DNA of 64,000 nt from the human T2T-CHM13v2.0 reference genome, Homo sapiens: assembly GCF_009914755.1 (NCBI RefSeq), contig NC_060941.1; one strand, 5' to 3'. The position numbers and the translations under genes are program-made. Numbering within the stretch: position 1 is the first letter of the stretch; every line of letters starts with the position of its first letter. Positions 16,001-30,100 of the stretch are shown here, piece by piece. Below the pieces are notes generated by a model. The model worked only from the letters and a program-made list of their open reading frames with translations, did no database searches and was not told the origin of the DNA.

Positions 16001-19000
16001 CGAATGGAATGGAAACAAAAGGAATGAAATGGAATGGAATGGACTCGAATGGAATGCAGTCGAATGGAATGGATCCGAAGAAAATGGAATCGAATGGAAT
16101 GGAATTGAATGGATTCGAAAAGAATAGAATGGTATGGAGTGTTATGGAAAGATATTGAATGCAATGGAATGGACTCAAATGGAATTGGGTCGAAAGGAAT
16201 GGACTGGAATGGAATGGACTGGAGTAGAATGGAATAGAATGGAATGTAATCGGATGGAACAGAATTAAAAGAAATGGCGTCGAATGGAATAGAATCGAAT
16301 GGAATGGCATCAAATGGAATGGAATGGACTCGAAAGGAATGGAAACGAATGGAATGGAAAGGAAAGGAATAGAATGTAATGGAATCGGATGGAATAGAAT
16401 AGAATGGAATGGAGTCGAATGGAATAGAATCCAATGGAATGGCATCGAATGGAATGGAATGGAATCACATGGAATGGACTCGAATGGAATAGAATAGAAT
16501 GGAATGGCATCGAATGAAATGCAATGGAATGGACCAAAATGTCATGGATTCGAATGGAATGGAATCAAATAGAATGAATTTATAAGGAATGGTCTTGAAA
16601 CAAATTTATTCGAATTGAATGGAATCAACTGGAATGCAATAGTACGGAATGGAATTCAATAGAATGCAATCGAATGGAATGGAACGGAATGGAATGGACA
16701 TGAATAGAATGGACTCGAATGTAATGGACTGCAATGTAACTGTTTCGAATGGAACGGAATCAAATGTAATATAACCAATTGGAATGAAATGGAATGCAAT
16801 GGAATGGAATAGAATTGAATGCAAAGGAATGGAGTAGAATGGAATGCAATGGAATGGAATGGAGTGGAATCGAGTGGAATGGAATCGAATGGAATGGAAT
16901 CGAATGGAATGGAATCGAATGGAACGGACTGGAATGGAAGGGACAACAATTGAGTGTACAGGAACAAAACGGAATGGAAATGATTGGAATCAAACGGAGC
17001 GGAATGGAAAGGAGTTGAATGGAACGGACTCGAATGGAATGGAGTCAAATGGAATGGAACTGCATGGAATGGAATCAAATGGAATGGAATTGAATGGAAT
17101 CAAAAGGCATAGAATGGAATGGAGTGAAATGGAAAGATATCGAATCGCATGGAACGGAATGGAATGGACTCCAATGTAACGGACAGGAATGGAATGGATT
17201 AGAATGGAATGGAGTCGATTGGAATAGAACGGAATGGAATGGAATCGAATCGAATGGAATTGAATGGAATTCAAAGGAATAGAATGGAATGGAGTGTAAT
17301 GGAAAGATATCGAAAGGAATGGAATGGAAAGGAATGGACTCGAACAAAATGAACTGGAATGTAATGGACTCAAATGGAATGGAAGAGAGTGGAATGGACT
17401 CGAATGGAATGGACTGGAGTGGAATGGACTCGAATGGAATGGAAACGAATGGAATGGAATGGAATAGAATGGAATGGAATCGGATGGAATGGAATGGAAT
17501 GGAATGGAATGAAATGGAATGGAATTGAATGGAATGGAATGGACCGAAATGTAATGGACTCGAATAAAAGGGACTCAAAAAGAATGGATTCGAAAGGAAT
17601 GGTCTCGAATGAAATGTGTTCGAATAGAATGGAATCAAATGGAATGCAATAGTATGGAATGGAATCAAATGGAATGGAATCGAATGGAATGGACCGGAAT
17701 GGAATGGAGTGGAATAGAACGTACTCGAATGTAATGGATTGCAATGTAATTGATTGAAATTGAGTGTAATCGAATGGAACATAATCAAATGGAATGGAAT
17801 GGAATGCAATGGAATAGAATAGAATGGAATGCAATGGAATGGAACAGAGTGGAATCGAGTGGAAAGGAATCAAATGGAATGGAATCGAATGGAATGGACT
17901 CAAATGGAATGGACTCGAATAGAATGGACTGTAAAGGAATTGTCTCGAATGAAATTTACTCAAATAGAATGGAATCGAATGGAATTCAATAGTATGGAAT
18001 GGAATGGAATGGAATGTAGCAGGATGGAATGGACTAGAACAAAATGGAATCGAACGGACTGGAATCGAATGGGATGGAATGGTATGGAATTGAATGGAGT
18101 GGAATGGTATGGAGTCAAACAGAATGGAATCGAATGGAATGGAATCGAATGGAATGGAATTGAATGGAATCGAAAGGAATAGAATGGAATGGAGTGTAAC
18201 GGAAAGATATCAAATGGAATGTAATGGAATGGATTCGAATGGAATGGACTGGAACAAAATGGAATTGAATGGATTGGAATTGAATGGAACAGAGTGGAAT
18301 TGAATGGATTGGAATGGACTCGAATGGAATGGAGTCGAATGGAATGGAATCGAATGGAATGGTATGGAATAGAAAGTAATGGAATCGAAAGCAATGAAAT
18401 TCAATGGAATCGAAAGGAATACAATGGAATGGAGAGTAATGGAAACATATCGAATGGAATGGAATGGAATGGAATGGAATGGAATGGAAACGAATGGATT
18501 GGACTGGAATGGAATGAACTCTAATGGAATGGATTGGAGTGGAATGGTCTCGAATGGAGTAGAATCGAATGAAATGGCATCTAATGGAATGGAATGGAAG
18601 GGAATGGAATGGACCCTAATATAATGGACGCAAATGGAATGGACTCAAATTGAATGGACATGAAAGGAATAGTCTCTTATGGAATTTATTCGAATGCAAT
18701 GGTTTCGAATGGAATGCAATAGTATGGAATGGAATTGAATGGAATGTACCGGATTCCAATGGACTGGAATAGAATGGACTCAAATGTAATGGATTGCAAT
18801 GAAATTGACTCGAATTGAATGGAATCGAAAGGAATGGAATCAAATGGAATGGAATGGAATGCAATGGAATGGAATACAATGGAATGCAAAGGAGTGGAAT
18901 GCAGTGGAATCGAGTGGAATGTAATCGAATGGAATAGAATCGAATGGAATGGACTGCAACGGAATGGACTCGAATGGAATGGACTGGAACAAAATGGAAT

Positions 19001-21700
19001 TGAACGATTTTTAATCAAACAGAACGGAATGGAATGGAATGGAAAGGACTCAAATGGAATGGAGTTGAACGGAATGGAATCGAATGTAATGGAAATGAGT
19101 GGAATGGAATTGAATGTAATCGAAAGGAATAGAATATAATTGAGTGCAATGGAAAGATATCAAATGGAATGGAATGGAATGGCCTCAAATGGAATGGACT
19201 GGAATGGAATGGACTCCAATGGAACAGACTGGAGTGGAATGGACTCGAATGGAATGGACTGGAGTGAAATGGACTCGAATGGAATGGAATGGAATGGAAT
19301 GGGAAGGAATAGAATGGATGGAATCTGTTAGAACCGAATTGAATGAAAGGGAGTCAAATGGAATAGAATTGAATGAAATGACTTCGAATGGAAAGGACTT
19401 TAACAAAATGGCATGGAACCGATTGGAATCGGATGGAACGGAAAAGAATGGAATAGAATGGAATGGAATGGACTTCAATGGAATGGAGTCGAATGGAATG
19501 AAGCAGAAAGGAATGGAATAGAATGAAACGGAATTGAAAGAAATCCAAAGGAATAGAATGGAATGGAGTGTAATGGAAAGATGTCGGATCAAATGGAATG
19601 GAACAGAATTCAGTCGAATGGAATAAAATGGAATGGAAGGGACTCCAATGGCATGGACTGGAGTGGAATAGACTTGAATGGAATGGAAACGAATGCAGTG
19701 GAATGGCAAGGAATGGAATGAAATGGAAAGGAATGGAATGGAATGGAATTGGATGGAAAGGAATGGAATTGAATGCAGTCGAATGAAATAGAATAGAATG
19801 GAATGGCATCAAATGGAATGGAATAGAATGGAATGGATTCGAATTGAATGGACTCAAATATAATGGACTCGAAAGTAATGGTCTTGAATGGAATTTATTC
19901 GAATAGAATGGAATCGAATGTATTGCAATAGTATGGAATGCAATAGAATGGAATGGAATCGAACAGAATGGACAAGAGTGGAATGGACTGGAATAGAATG
20001 GACTCGAATGTAATGGATTGTATAGTAACTGATTTGAATGGAATGGAATCGAATGGAATGTAATCAAACGGAATGGAAAGGAATGCAACGTAAAGGAATA
20101 GAATGGAATGCAATGGAATGGAACGGAGTGGAATCGAGTGGAATGGAATACAATGGAATGGAATAGAATTGAATGGAATCAAATGGAATGTACTGGAATG
20201 GAATGTACTCTAATGGAATGGACAGGTACAAAATGGAATCAAACGGATTGCAATCGAACAGAACAGAATGGAATGTAATCGAATCGATTGGAATGGAGTT
20301 CAATGGAATGAAATCGAATGGAATGGCATCGAATGGAATTGAATTGAATGGAATGGAATTGAATGGAATCAAAAGGAATAGAATGGAATGGAGTGTAAGG
20401 AAATATATCGAATGGAATGAAATGGAATCGAATGGACTCAAAGGGAATGGACTGGATTGGAATGGACTCGAATGGAATAGAATCGAATGGAATGTCATTG
20501 AATGGAATGGATTGGAATGGAATGAAATGGAATGGAATGGAATGGACCCAAATATAATGTACTCGAATGGAATGGATTCAAATAGAATATATTCGAAAGG
20601 AATGGCCACGAATCGATTTTTTACCAATAGAATGGAATCGAATGGAATGCAATATTATGGAAAGGAATCAAATGGAATGGAATCACATGGAATGTACCGG
20701 AATGGAATGGCCTGGATTAGAAAGGACAGAAGTGTAATGGATTTCAATGTAATTGATTTGAATGGAATGGAATCGAATGGAATGTAATCCAATAGAATAG
20801 AATGGAATGCAAGGAATGGAATAGAATGGAATGCAATGTAATGGAAAGGAGTAGAATTGAGTGGAATGGAATCGAATGTAATGAACTGCAATGGAATGGA
20901 CTCTAATTGATTGGACTGGAACAAAATGCATTCGAACAGATCGGAATAGAACGTAATGGAATGGAATGGAATGGTGTCGAATGGAATGGAGTCGAATTGA
21001 AAGGAATCAAATGGAATGGACTGGAACGGAATTGACTGGAATAAAACAGACTAGAATGTAATGGATTGCAATGTAATTGATTCGAATGGAATGGAATTGA
21101 CTGGAATAGAATTGAATGGAATCAAAAGGAATAGAATGGAAAAGAGTGTAATGGAGTGATATCAAATGGAATGGAATGGAATCGACTGGAATGGACTGGA
21201 ACAAAATGGAATTGAAAAGATTGGAATCGAATGGAAAGGAATGGAATGGAATCAAACGGAATGGACTCGAATGGAATGGAAACGAATGGAATGGAATCAA
21301 ATGGAATGGAATCGAAATGAATGGAATTGAAAGGACTGGAATTGAATGGAATCAAAAGGAATAGAATGAAATGGAGTGAAATGGAAAGATATCAAATGGA
21401 CAGGAATGGAATTGTCTCGAATGGAATGCAATGGACTCGAATGGAATGGACTGGAGTGGAATGGAAACAAATGAAATGGAAACGCATGGAATGGAATGGA
21501 ATGAATTTTAAAAGATAGAATGGCATGGAATCGGATGCAACGGAATGGAATGGAATGGAGTCGAATGGAATAGAATCTATTGGAATGGCATCAAATGTAA
21601 TTTAATGGAATGGAATGGACTGTAATGGAAAGGACTGGAATGGAATGGACTCAAATGTAATGGACTGGAGTGTAATGGAATAGAATGGTTTGGAAATGAA

Positions 21701-21940
21701 GGGAATGGAAAGGAATGAAACAGAAAAGAATGTAATTGAATGGAATGAAATGGAAAGGAATAAAATGGAATGGAATCAGATAGAGTCGAAAGGAAGAGAA
21801 TCGAATGTAATGGTATATAAAGGAATGGAAAGGAATGAAACGCAAAAGAATTTAATTGAATGGAATGAAATGGAAAGGAATGAAATGGAATGGAATTGGA
21901 TAGATTCAAATGGAAGAGAATCGAATGTAATGGCATATAA
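21701..21940 (+). repeat. 120-bp diverged tandem duplication, A-rich variant block
   Basis: 21701-21820 and 21821-21940 share GGAATGAAAC..AAAAGAAT.TAATTGAA and GGAAGAGAATCGAATGTAATGG.ATATAAAGG. Confidence 0.85.
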
Positions 21941-22495
21941 AGGAACGCAAAGGAATGCAATGGAATCGAATGGAATGGACTGGAACAAAATGGTATCGAA
22001 CGGATTGGAATCAAAAGGAACAGAATGGAATGGAATGGAGTTGAATGGAATGGAAACGAATGGAATGGAATTGAATGGAATGGAATTGAATGGAATTCAA
22101 AGTAATAGAATGGAATGGAGTGAAATGGAAAGATATCGAAAAGTATGTAATGGAATTGAATGAACTCAAATTGAATGGACTATAATGGAATGGATTCGAA
22201 TGGAATGTACTGGAGTGGAAGGGATTCGAATGGAATGGAAACGAATGGAATGGAATGGACTGGAAAGGAATAGAATGGAATGGAAGTGGATGGAATGCAA
22301 TGGAATGGAATGGGTCGAATGGAATAGAATCGAACGTAATGGCATCGAATGGAAGGGAATGGAAACAAATGGATTGGAATCCAATGGAATAGAATCAAAT
22401 GGAATGGCATAGAATGGAAAGGAAAGGAATAGTATGGAATGGACCCAAATGAAATGGACTCCAATGGAATGGACTCAAACAGAATGGACTCAAAA

Positions 22496-22510
22496 GGAAT
22501 GTTCTCGAAT
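22496..22510. promoter_or_regulatory. Perfect three-unit heat shock element consensus (nGAAnnTTCnnGAAn); sequence match only
   Basis: GGAAT-GTTCT-CGAAT. Function not demonstrated. Confidence 0.35.
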
Positions 22511-24040
22511 AGAATTTTTAAGAATAGAATGGAATCGAATGGAATGCAATATTATGGGATGGAATCAAATGGAATGGAATCGAATGGAATGGAAAAGAAT
22601 TGAATGCACTAAATTAGTAAGGACTCGAATGAAATGGACTGCTATGTAATAGATTCGAATGGAATGGAATCGCATGGAATGTATTCAAATGGAATGGAAT
22701 GGGATGCAATGAAATGGAATAGAATGGAATGCAATGGAATGGAATGGAGAGGAATCAAGTGGAATGGAATCGAATGGAATGGATTTGAACGGAAAGGAAT
22801 GGACTGGATTGAACTGGAATGGAATGGACTCGAATGAAATGGCATGGAACAAAATGTAATGGAAAGGATTGGAATCGAACGGAATGGAATGGAATGGAAT
22901 GGAATGGCCTCGAATTGAAGAGAGTCAAATGGAATGGAATCGAATGGAGTGGAATCGAATAGAATGTAATTGAATGGAATTGAAGGGAATAGAATGGAAT
23001 GGAAAAGAAGGAATGGAATGGAATGGAATGGAATAAAATGGAATGGAATCGGATGGAAGGGAATGGAACAGAATGGATTCGAATGGAATAGAACCGAATA
23101 GAATGGCTTAGAATGGAATGGAATGGAATGGAATGGAAAAGACTCGAATGGACTGGAAACGAATGGAATAGAATGGAATGGAATGGAATGGAAAGGAATG
23201 GAAAGAAATAAAATGGAATGGAATCAGATGGAACGGTATGGAATGGAAGGAAGTCGAATGGAATAGAATCGAATGGAATGGCTTCTAATGGAATTTAATG
23301 GAATGGAATGGAAATGATTCGAATGGAATGGACTCGAATGGAATAGAATAGAATGGAATAACTTGGAATAGAATGGAATGGAATGGAATGGAATGGAATG
23401 GAAGGTAATGGCATGGAATTAAATAGAATGGAATGGAATGGCATGGAATGGAATGGAATGGAACAAAATGTAACGGACTATAATGGAATGGACTCAAATA
23501 CAATGCAATCGAAAGGAATGGTCTTGAATCAATTTATTTCAATAGAATGGATTCGAATGGAATGCAGTAGTATGGAATGGAATTGAGTTGAAACGAATTG
23601 AATGGAATGGACTGGAATGGAATGGAATTTAATAGAAGTGACTGGAATGTAATGGATTGCAATGTAATTGATTCGAATGGAACGGAAATGAGAGGAATGT
23701 AATCAACTGCAATGGAGTGCAATGCAATGGAATGTAATTGAAGGGAAGGCAATGGAATTGAACGGAGTGGAATCGATTGGAATGGAATCGAATGGAATGG
23801 AATCACATAGATTGGAATCGAATGGAAAAGACTGGTATGGAATGGACTAGAATCGAATAGACTGGAACAAAATACAATGGAAAAGATAGGAATCCAACGG
23901 AATGGAATGGAATGGAATGGACTCACATGGAAAGGAATCAAATGGAATGGAATCGAATGGAATGGAATTGAATGGAATCGAAAGAATAGAATGGATTTGA
24001 GTGTAATGGAAAGATACCGACTGGAATGGAATGGAAAGGA

Positions 24041-24160
24041 ATGGACTCGAATGTAGTGGACTGGAATGGAACAGACTAGAACGGAATGGACTGGAGTGGA
24101 ATGGACTCGAATGTAGTGGACTGGAATGGAACAGACTAGAACGGAATGGACTGGAGTGGA
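24041..24160 (+). repeat. Perfect 60-bp tandem duplication
   Basis: ATGGACTCGAATGTAGTGGACTGGAATGGAACAGACTAGAACGGAATGGACTGGAGTGGA occurs at 24041 and 24101. Confidence 0.93.
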
Positions 24161-27100
24161 ATGGACTCGAATGGAATGGAAATGAATGAAAGGGAATGGA
24201 ACGGAAAGGAATAGAATGGAATGGAATTGGATGGAATGGAATGGAATGGAATGGATTTGAAAGGAATAGAATCGAGTGGAATGGCAATGAGTGGAATGGA
24301 ACGGAATTCAATGGACTCTAATGGAATGTACTCGAATGGAATAGCACTGAATGGAAGGGCATCTAAGGGAATGGAATGTAATGGAATGGAATGGAATTGA
24401 ATGGAATGGAATGGACCCAAATGTAATAGATTCGAATGGATTGGACTCAAATAGAATGGACTCGAAAGGAAAGGTCTTAAATGAAATTTATTCTAATAGA
24501 ATGGAATCGAATGGAATGCAGTAGTATGCAGTGGAATTGAATGGAATGGAATCAAATGGAATGTATCGTGATGAATGGACTGGAACAAAATGGAATTGAA
24601 TGGATTGGAATCGAACAGAATGGCATGGAATGGAATGGAATTGACTCGAATGAAATGGAGTCAAACAGAATGGAATCGAATTTAACACAATTAAATGGAA
24701 TGGAATTGAATGGATTCTAAAGGAATAAAATGGAATGGAGTGTAACGGAAAGATATCAAATGGAATGGAATCGAATGCAATGGACTGGAACAAAATGGAA
24801 TCAAATGGATTGGAATCGAACGGAAACGAGTGGAATGGAATGGATTGGAATGAACTCAAATGGAATGGAGTAGAATGGAAAGGAATCAAAAGGAATGGAA
24901 AAGAACGGAATTGAATCAAATAGAATGCACTGGAATAGAATGGACTCGAATGGAATGGACTGGAACAAAATGGAATTGAACGGATTGGAATCGAACGGAA
25001 CGGAATGTAATGTAATGGAATGGAATGGAAAGGAATGGACTCGAATGGAAGGGAGACGAAAGGAATGGAATCAAATGGAATGGAATCAAATGGAATGGAA
25101 TTGAACGGAAATGAAAGGAATAGAATGGAATGGAGTGTAATGGTAAGATATCGAATGGAATGGAAGGAATGGAATGGACTCGAATGGAAGGGACTGGAGT
25201 GGAGTGGAATTGAATTGAATGGACTGGAGTGGAATGGACTAGAATGGAATGGAAACGAGTGGAATGGAATGGAATGGAAAGGAAAGGAATAGAATGGAAT
25301 GGAATCGGATGGAACCGAATGGAATGGAATGGAGTTGAATCGAATAGAATCTATTAGAATGGCATCAAATGGAATGGAATGGACTTGAATGGAATGGACT
25401 CCAATGGAAAAGAAACGAATTGAATGGCATCGAATGGAATAAAATGGAATGGAAAGGACCCAAATATAATCGCCTTGAATGGAAAGGACTCAAATAGAAT
25501 GAATTCGAAAGAAATGGTCTCGAATGGAATGTATTCGAATAGAATGGAATGGAAAGGAATGCAGAAGTATGGAATGGAATCTAATGGAATATAATCGAAT
25601 GAAATGGACTGGAAAGGAATTGATTGTAATAGAGTGAACTCGAAGGCAATGGAATGCAATGTAATTGATTCGAATGAAGTGGAATCGAATGGAATGGAAT
25701 CGAATGGAACGGACAGGAATGGAATGGACTGGAATAGAACGGACTCTAATGTAATGGATTGCAAGTAATTGATTAGAATGGAATGGATTTGAATGGAATT
25801 TAATCCAATGGAAAGGAATGGAATGCAATGGAATGGAATAGAATGGAATGCAATGGAATGGCACAGAGTGGAATTGAGAGGAATGGAATCGAATGGAGTG
25901 GAATTGAGAGGAATGGAATCGAATGGAATGGAATCGAATGCAATTGACTGGAATTGAATGACCTCGAATGGAATGTACTGGAATAAAATTTAATGGAACG
26001 GATTGGAATCAAAAGGAAACGAATGGAATGCAATGGAATGGAATGGAATGGACAGGAATGCAATGGACTCGAATGAAATGGAATCGAATGGAATGGAATC
26101 AAATTGAATGGAATTGATTGGAATCAAAAGGAATAGAATGGAATGGAGTGTACTGGAAAGATATTGAATGGAATGGCCTGGAATAGAATGGACACGAATG
26201 TAATGGATTTTCATGTAATTGATTCGAAATATATGTAATTGAATGGAATGTAATCAAATAGAATGGAATGGAATGCAATGTAATGGAATAGAATGGAACA
26301 CAATGGAATGGATCGGAGTGGAATCGAGTGGAATGGAATCGAATGGAATGGATTCAAATGGAATGGAATCGAATGAAATGGTCTGGACAAAAATGGAATC
26401 GAATGGATTGGAATCGAAAGGAACGGAATGGAACGGAATGGAATGGACGCGAAAGGAATGGAGTTGAAAAGAATGCAATCGAATGGAAAGGAATCAAATG
26501 GAATGGAATTCAAAGGAAACGAAAAGTATAGATTGGAATGGAGTGTAAAGGAAACCTATCGAATGGAATGGAATGGAATGGAATGGATTCGAATGGAATG
26601 GACTGGAGTGGAATGGAATCGAATGGAAAGGAAACAAATGGCATGGTATGGAATGGAATGGAATGGAATGGAAAGGAATGGAATGGAATGGAATGGAATT
26701 GGTTGAAATGGAATGGAATGGAATGGAATCGAATCGAATGGAATAACCTCGAATGGAAAGCAATGGAATGGAATCCCCTCGAATGGAATAGAATCGAACG
26801 GAACGGAATGGAATAGAATGAAATGGAATGGAATGGAGTCAAATGGAATGGAACAGCATGGAATGGAATCGAATGGAAAAGAATTGAATGGAATCGAAAG
26901 GAATAGAAAGGAAAGGACTGTAATGAAAAAATATCGACTGAAATGGAATGGAATGGACTTAAATGGAATGGATTGGAAAGGAATGGATTCGAATGGAATG
27001 GACAGAGGAGTAATGGATTCAAATGGAATGGAAACGAATGGGGTGGAATGGAATAGAATGGAAAGGAATAGAATGTAATGGAATCGGATTGAATGGAATG

Positions 27101-30100
27101 GAACAGAATGGAATGGAATGGACTCGAATGTAAATAAGTCGAATGGAGTGGAAAGCATGGAGTGGAATTGAATGGAAAGGAATTGAATGGAATGGAAAAG
27201 AATGGAATGGAATGGAGTGTAATGGAAAGATATCGAATGGAATGGAATGAAATGGAATGAAATGGAACAGCCTCGAATGGAATGGACTCGAATGGAATAT
27301 AATCGAATGGAATATAATCGAATTGAATGGCATCAAAAGCAATGGAATGGAATGGACCCAAATGTAATGGACTCGAATGGAATGGACTCAAATAGAATGG
27401 ACTCGAAAAGAAAGGTCTCGAATGGAATTCATTCGAATAGAATAGAATCGAATGGAATGCAATAGTATGGAATGGAATCGAAAGGAATGGAATTTAATGG
27501 AATGGACCGGAATGGAATGGCCTGGAAGGGAACGGATTCGAATGTAATGGATTGCAATGCAATAGGTTCGAATGGAACGGAATCGAAAGGAATGTCATCA
27601 AATGGAAAGGAATGGAATGTAATGGAATGGAATAGAATGGAATGCAAAGCAATGGAATGGAGTGGAATCTAGTGGAATGGAATCGAATGGAATGGACTGG
27701 AATGGAATGGACTCGAATGGAATGGACTGGAACAAAATCGAATCGAATGGAATAGAATCCAATGGAAAGTAATGGAAGGGAATGGAATCAACTTGAATGG
27801 AATGGAATGGAATGGAATGGAATGGAATGGAATGGACTCGAATCCAATGGAGTCAAATGGAATGGAATCGCATGGAATGGAATCGAATGGAAAGGAATTG
27901 AATGGAATTGAAAGGAATATAATGGAATGGAGTGTTATGAAAAAATATCGAATGGAATGGAATGCATTGGAATGGAATAGGCTCGAATGGAATAGATTGG
28001 AAAGGAATGGACTCGAATGGAATGGACTGCAGTGTAATGGACTCGAATTGAATGGAAACGAATGGAGTGGTTTGGAATGGAATGGAACATAAAGTAATAG
28101 AATGGAATGGAATCAAATGTAATGCAATGGAACGGAATGGAGTTGAAAGGAATAGAATTAAATGGAATGGCATCGATTGGAATGTAGTAGAATGGAATGG
28201 AATGGACTCGAATGGAATAGAACTGAATACAATGGCATTGAATGGAATGGAATGGATGCAAATATAATCAACTGGAATGGAATGGACTCAACTATAATGG
28301 ACTCGAAAGGAATGGTTTTGAATGGAATTCATTCGAATTGAATGGAATCGAATGGAATGCAATAGTATTCAATGGAATAGAATGCAATGGAATCAAATGG
28401 AGTGGACTGGAATGGAATGGACTGGAATAGAACAGACTCCAATGTAATGGATAGCAAAGTAATTGATTAGAATGGAATGAAATAGAATGGAATGTAATAA
28501 AATGGAATGGAATGGAATGCAAAGGAATCGAAGGGAATGGAATGTATGGAATGGAACGGAGTGGAATTGAGCAGAATGGAATCAAATGGATTGGAATCAG
28601 ATATTACATTGGAAGTCCATTGGAATCGAAAGGAATGGACTGGAATGGAAAGGACTCGGACGGAATGGACTGAAACAAAATAGAATTGAACGGATAGGAA
28701 TCTAACAGAATGGAATGGAAAGGAATGGAATGGAAAGGAATGGAATGGAATCGAATGGAATAGAGTCGAATGGAATCGAATAGAATGGAATGGAATCAAA
28801 AGGAATGGAATTGTATGGATTCGAAAGTAACAGAATGGAATGCAGTGTAAAGGAGAGATATCGTATGTAATGTAATGGAATGGAACGGACTTGAATGGAA
28901 TGGGCTGGAATGGAATGGACTCGAATTGAATGGATTGGAGTGGAATGGACTCGAATGGAATTGAAATGAATGCAATGCAATGCAAAGGAAAGGAATAGAA
29001 TGGAATGGAATCGGATGGAATGGAATGGAATGAAGTTGAATGGAATTGAATAGAAAGGAATGGCATCTAATAGATTGGAATGGAATCGAATGGAAAGGAT
29101 TCGAATGGAATGGACTCGAAAGGAATAGAATCGAGTGGAATGGGATGGAATAGAATGGAATGGAATGGAATGGAATGGAATGGAATGGAATGGAATAGAA
29201 TGGAATGAAAGCAGATGGAACACAATGGAATGGAGTGGAGTCAAATATAATACAAGCGAATATAATGTTGTCGAATGGAAAGGAATGGGCTCAAATGGAA
29301 TGGACTCAAATGTAATAGAATGAAATGGAATGGCATGGAATGGAATGGACACAAATGTAATGGACTCAAAAGGAATGAACTCAAATACAATGAACACAAA
29401 AGAAATGGTTTCAATTGGAATTTATGTGAATACAATGGAATTGAAAGGAATGCAATATTATGGAATGGAATGGAATTGAATGGAATGGAACGGAATGGAA
29501 TGGACTGGAATAGAAAGGACTCGAATGTACTGGAATGCAATGTAATAGATTCAAATGGAATGGAATCGAATGGAATGCAATCAAATGGAATGGAATGGAA
29601 ATCAATGGAATGGAATCTAATAGAATGCAATGGAATGCAATGGAGTGCAATCAATTGGATTGGAATCGAATGGAATGGAATTGAGTGGAATGGAATCATT
29701 TGGAATATACTGTAATGGAAAGGATTCGAATGGAATGGAATGGAACAAAATGGAATCGAAGGGATTGGAATCGAATGGAACGGAATGGAAATCAATGGAA
29801 TGTAATGGCTTTGAATGTAATTGAGTCGAATGCAATGGAATCGAAAGGAGTGGAATCGAATAGAATGGAATTGAAAGGAATTGAAGGGAATAGAATAGAA
29901 TAGAGTGTAATGGGAAGATTTCGAATGGAACGGAATGGAATAGACTTGAAAGGAATGGACTGGATTGGAATGGACTCGAATGGAATGGACTGGAGTGGAA
30001 TGGACTCGAAAGAAATGGAAACGAATGGAATGTAATGGAAAAGAAAGGATTGGAATGGAAAGGAACAAAATGGAATGGAAACAGATGAAAAGGAATGGAA

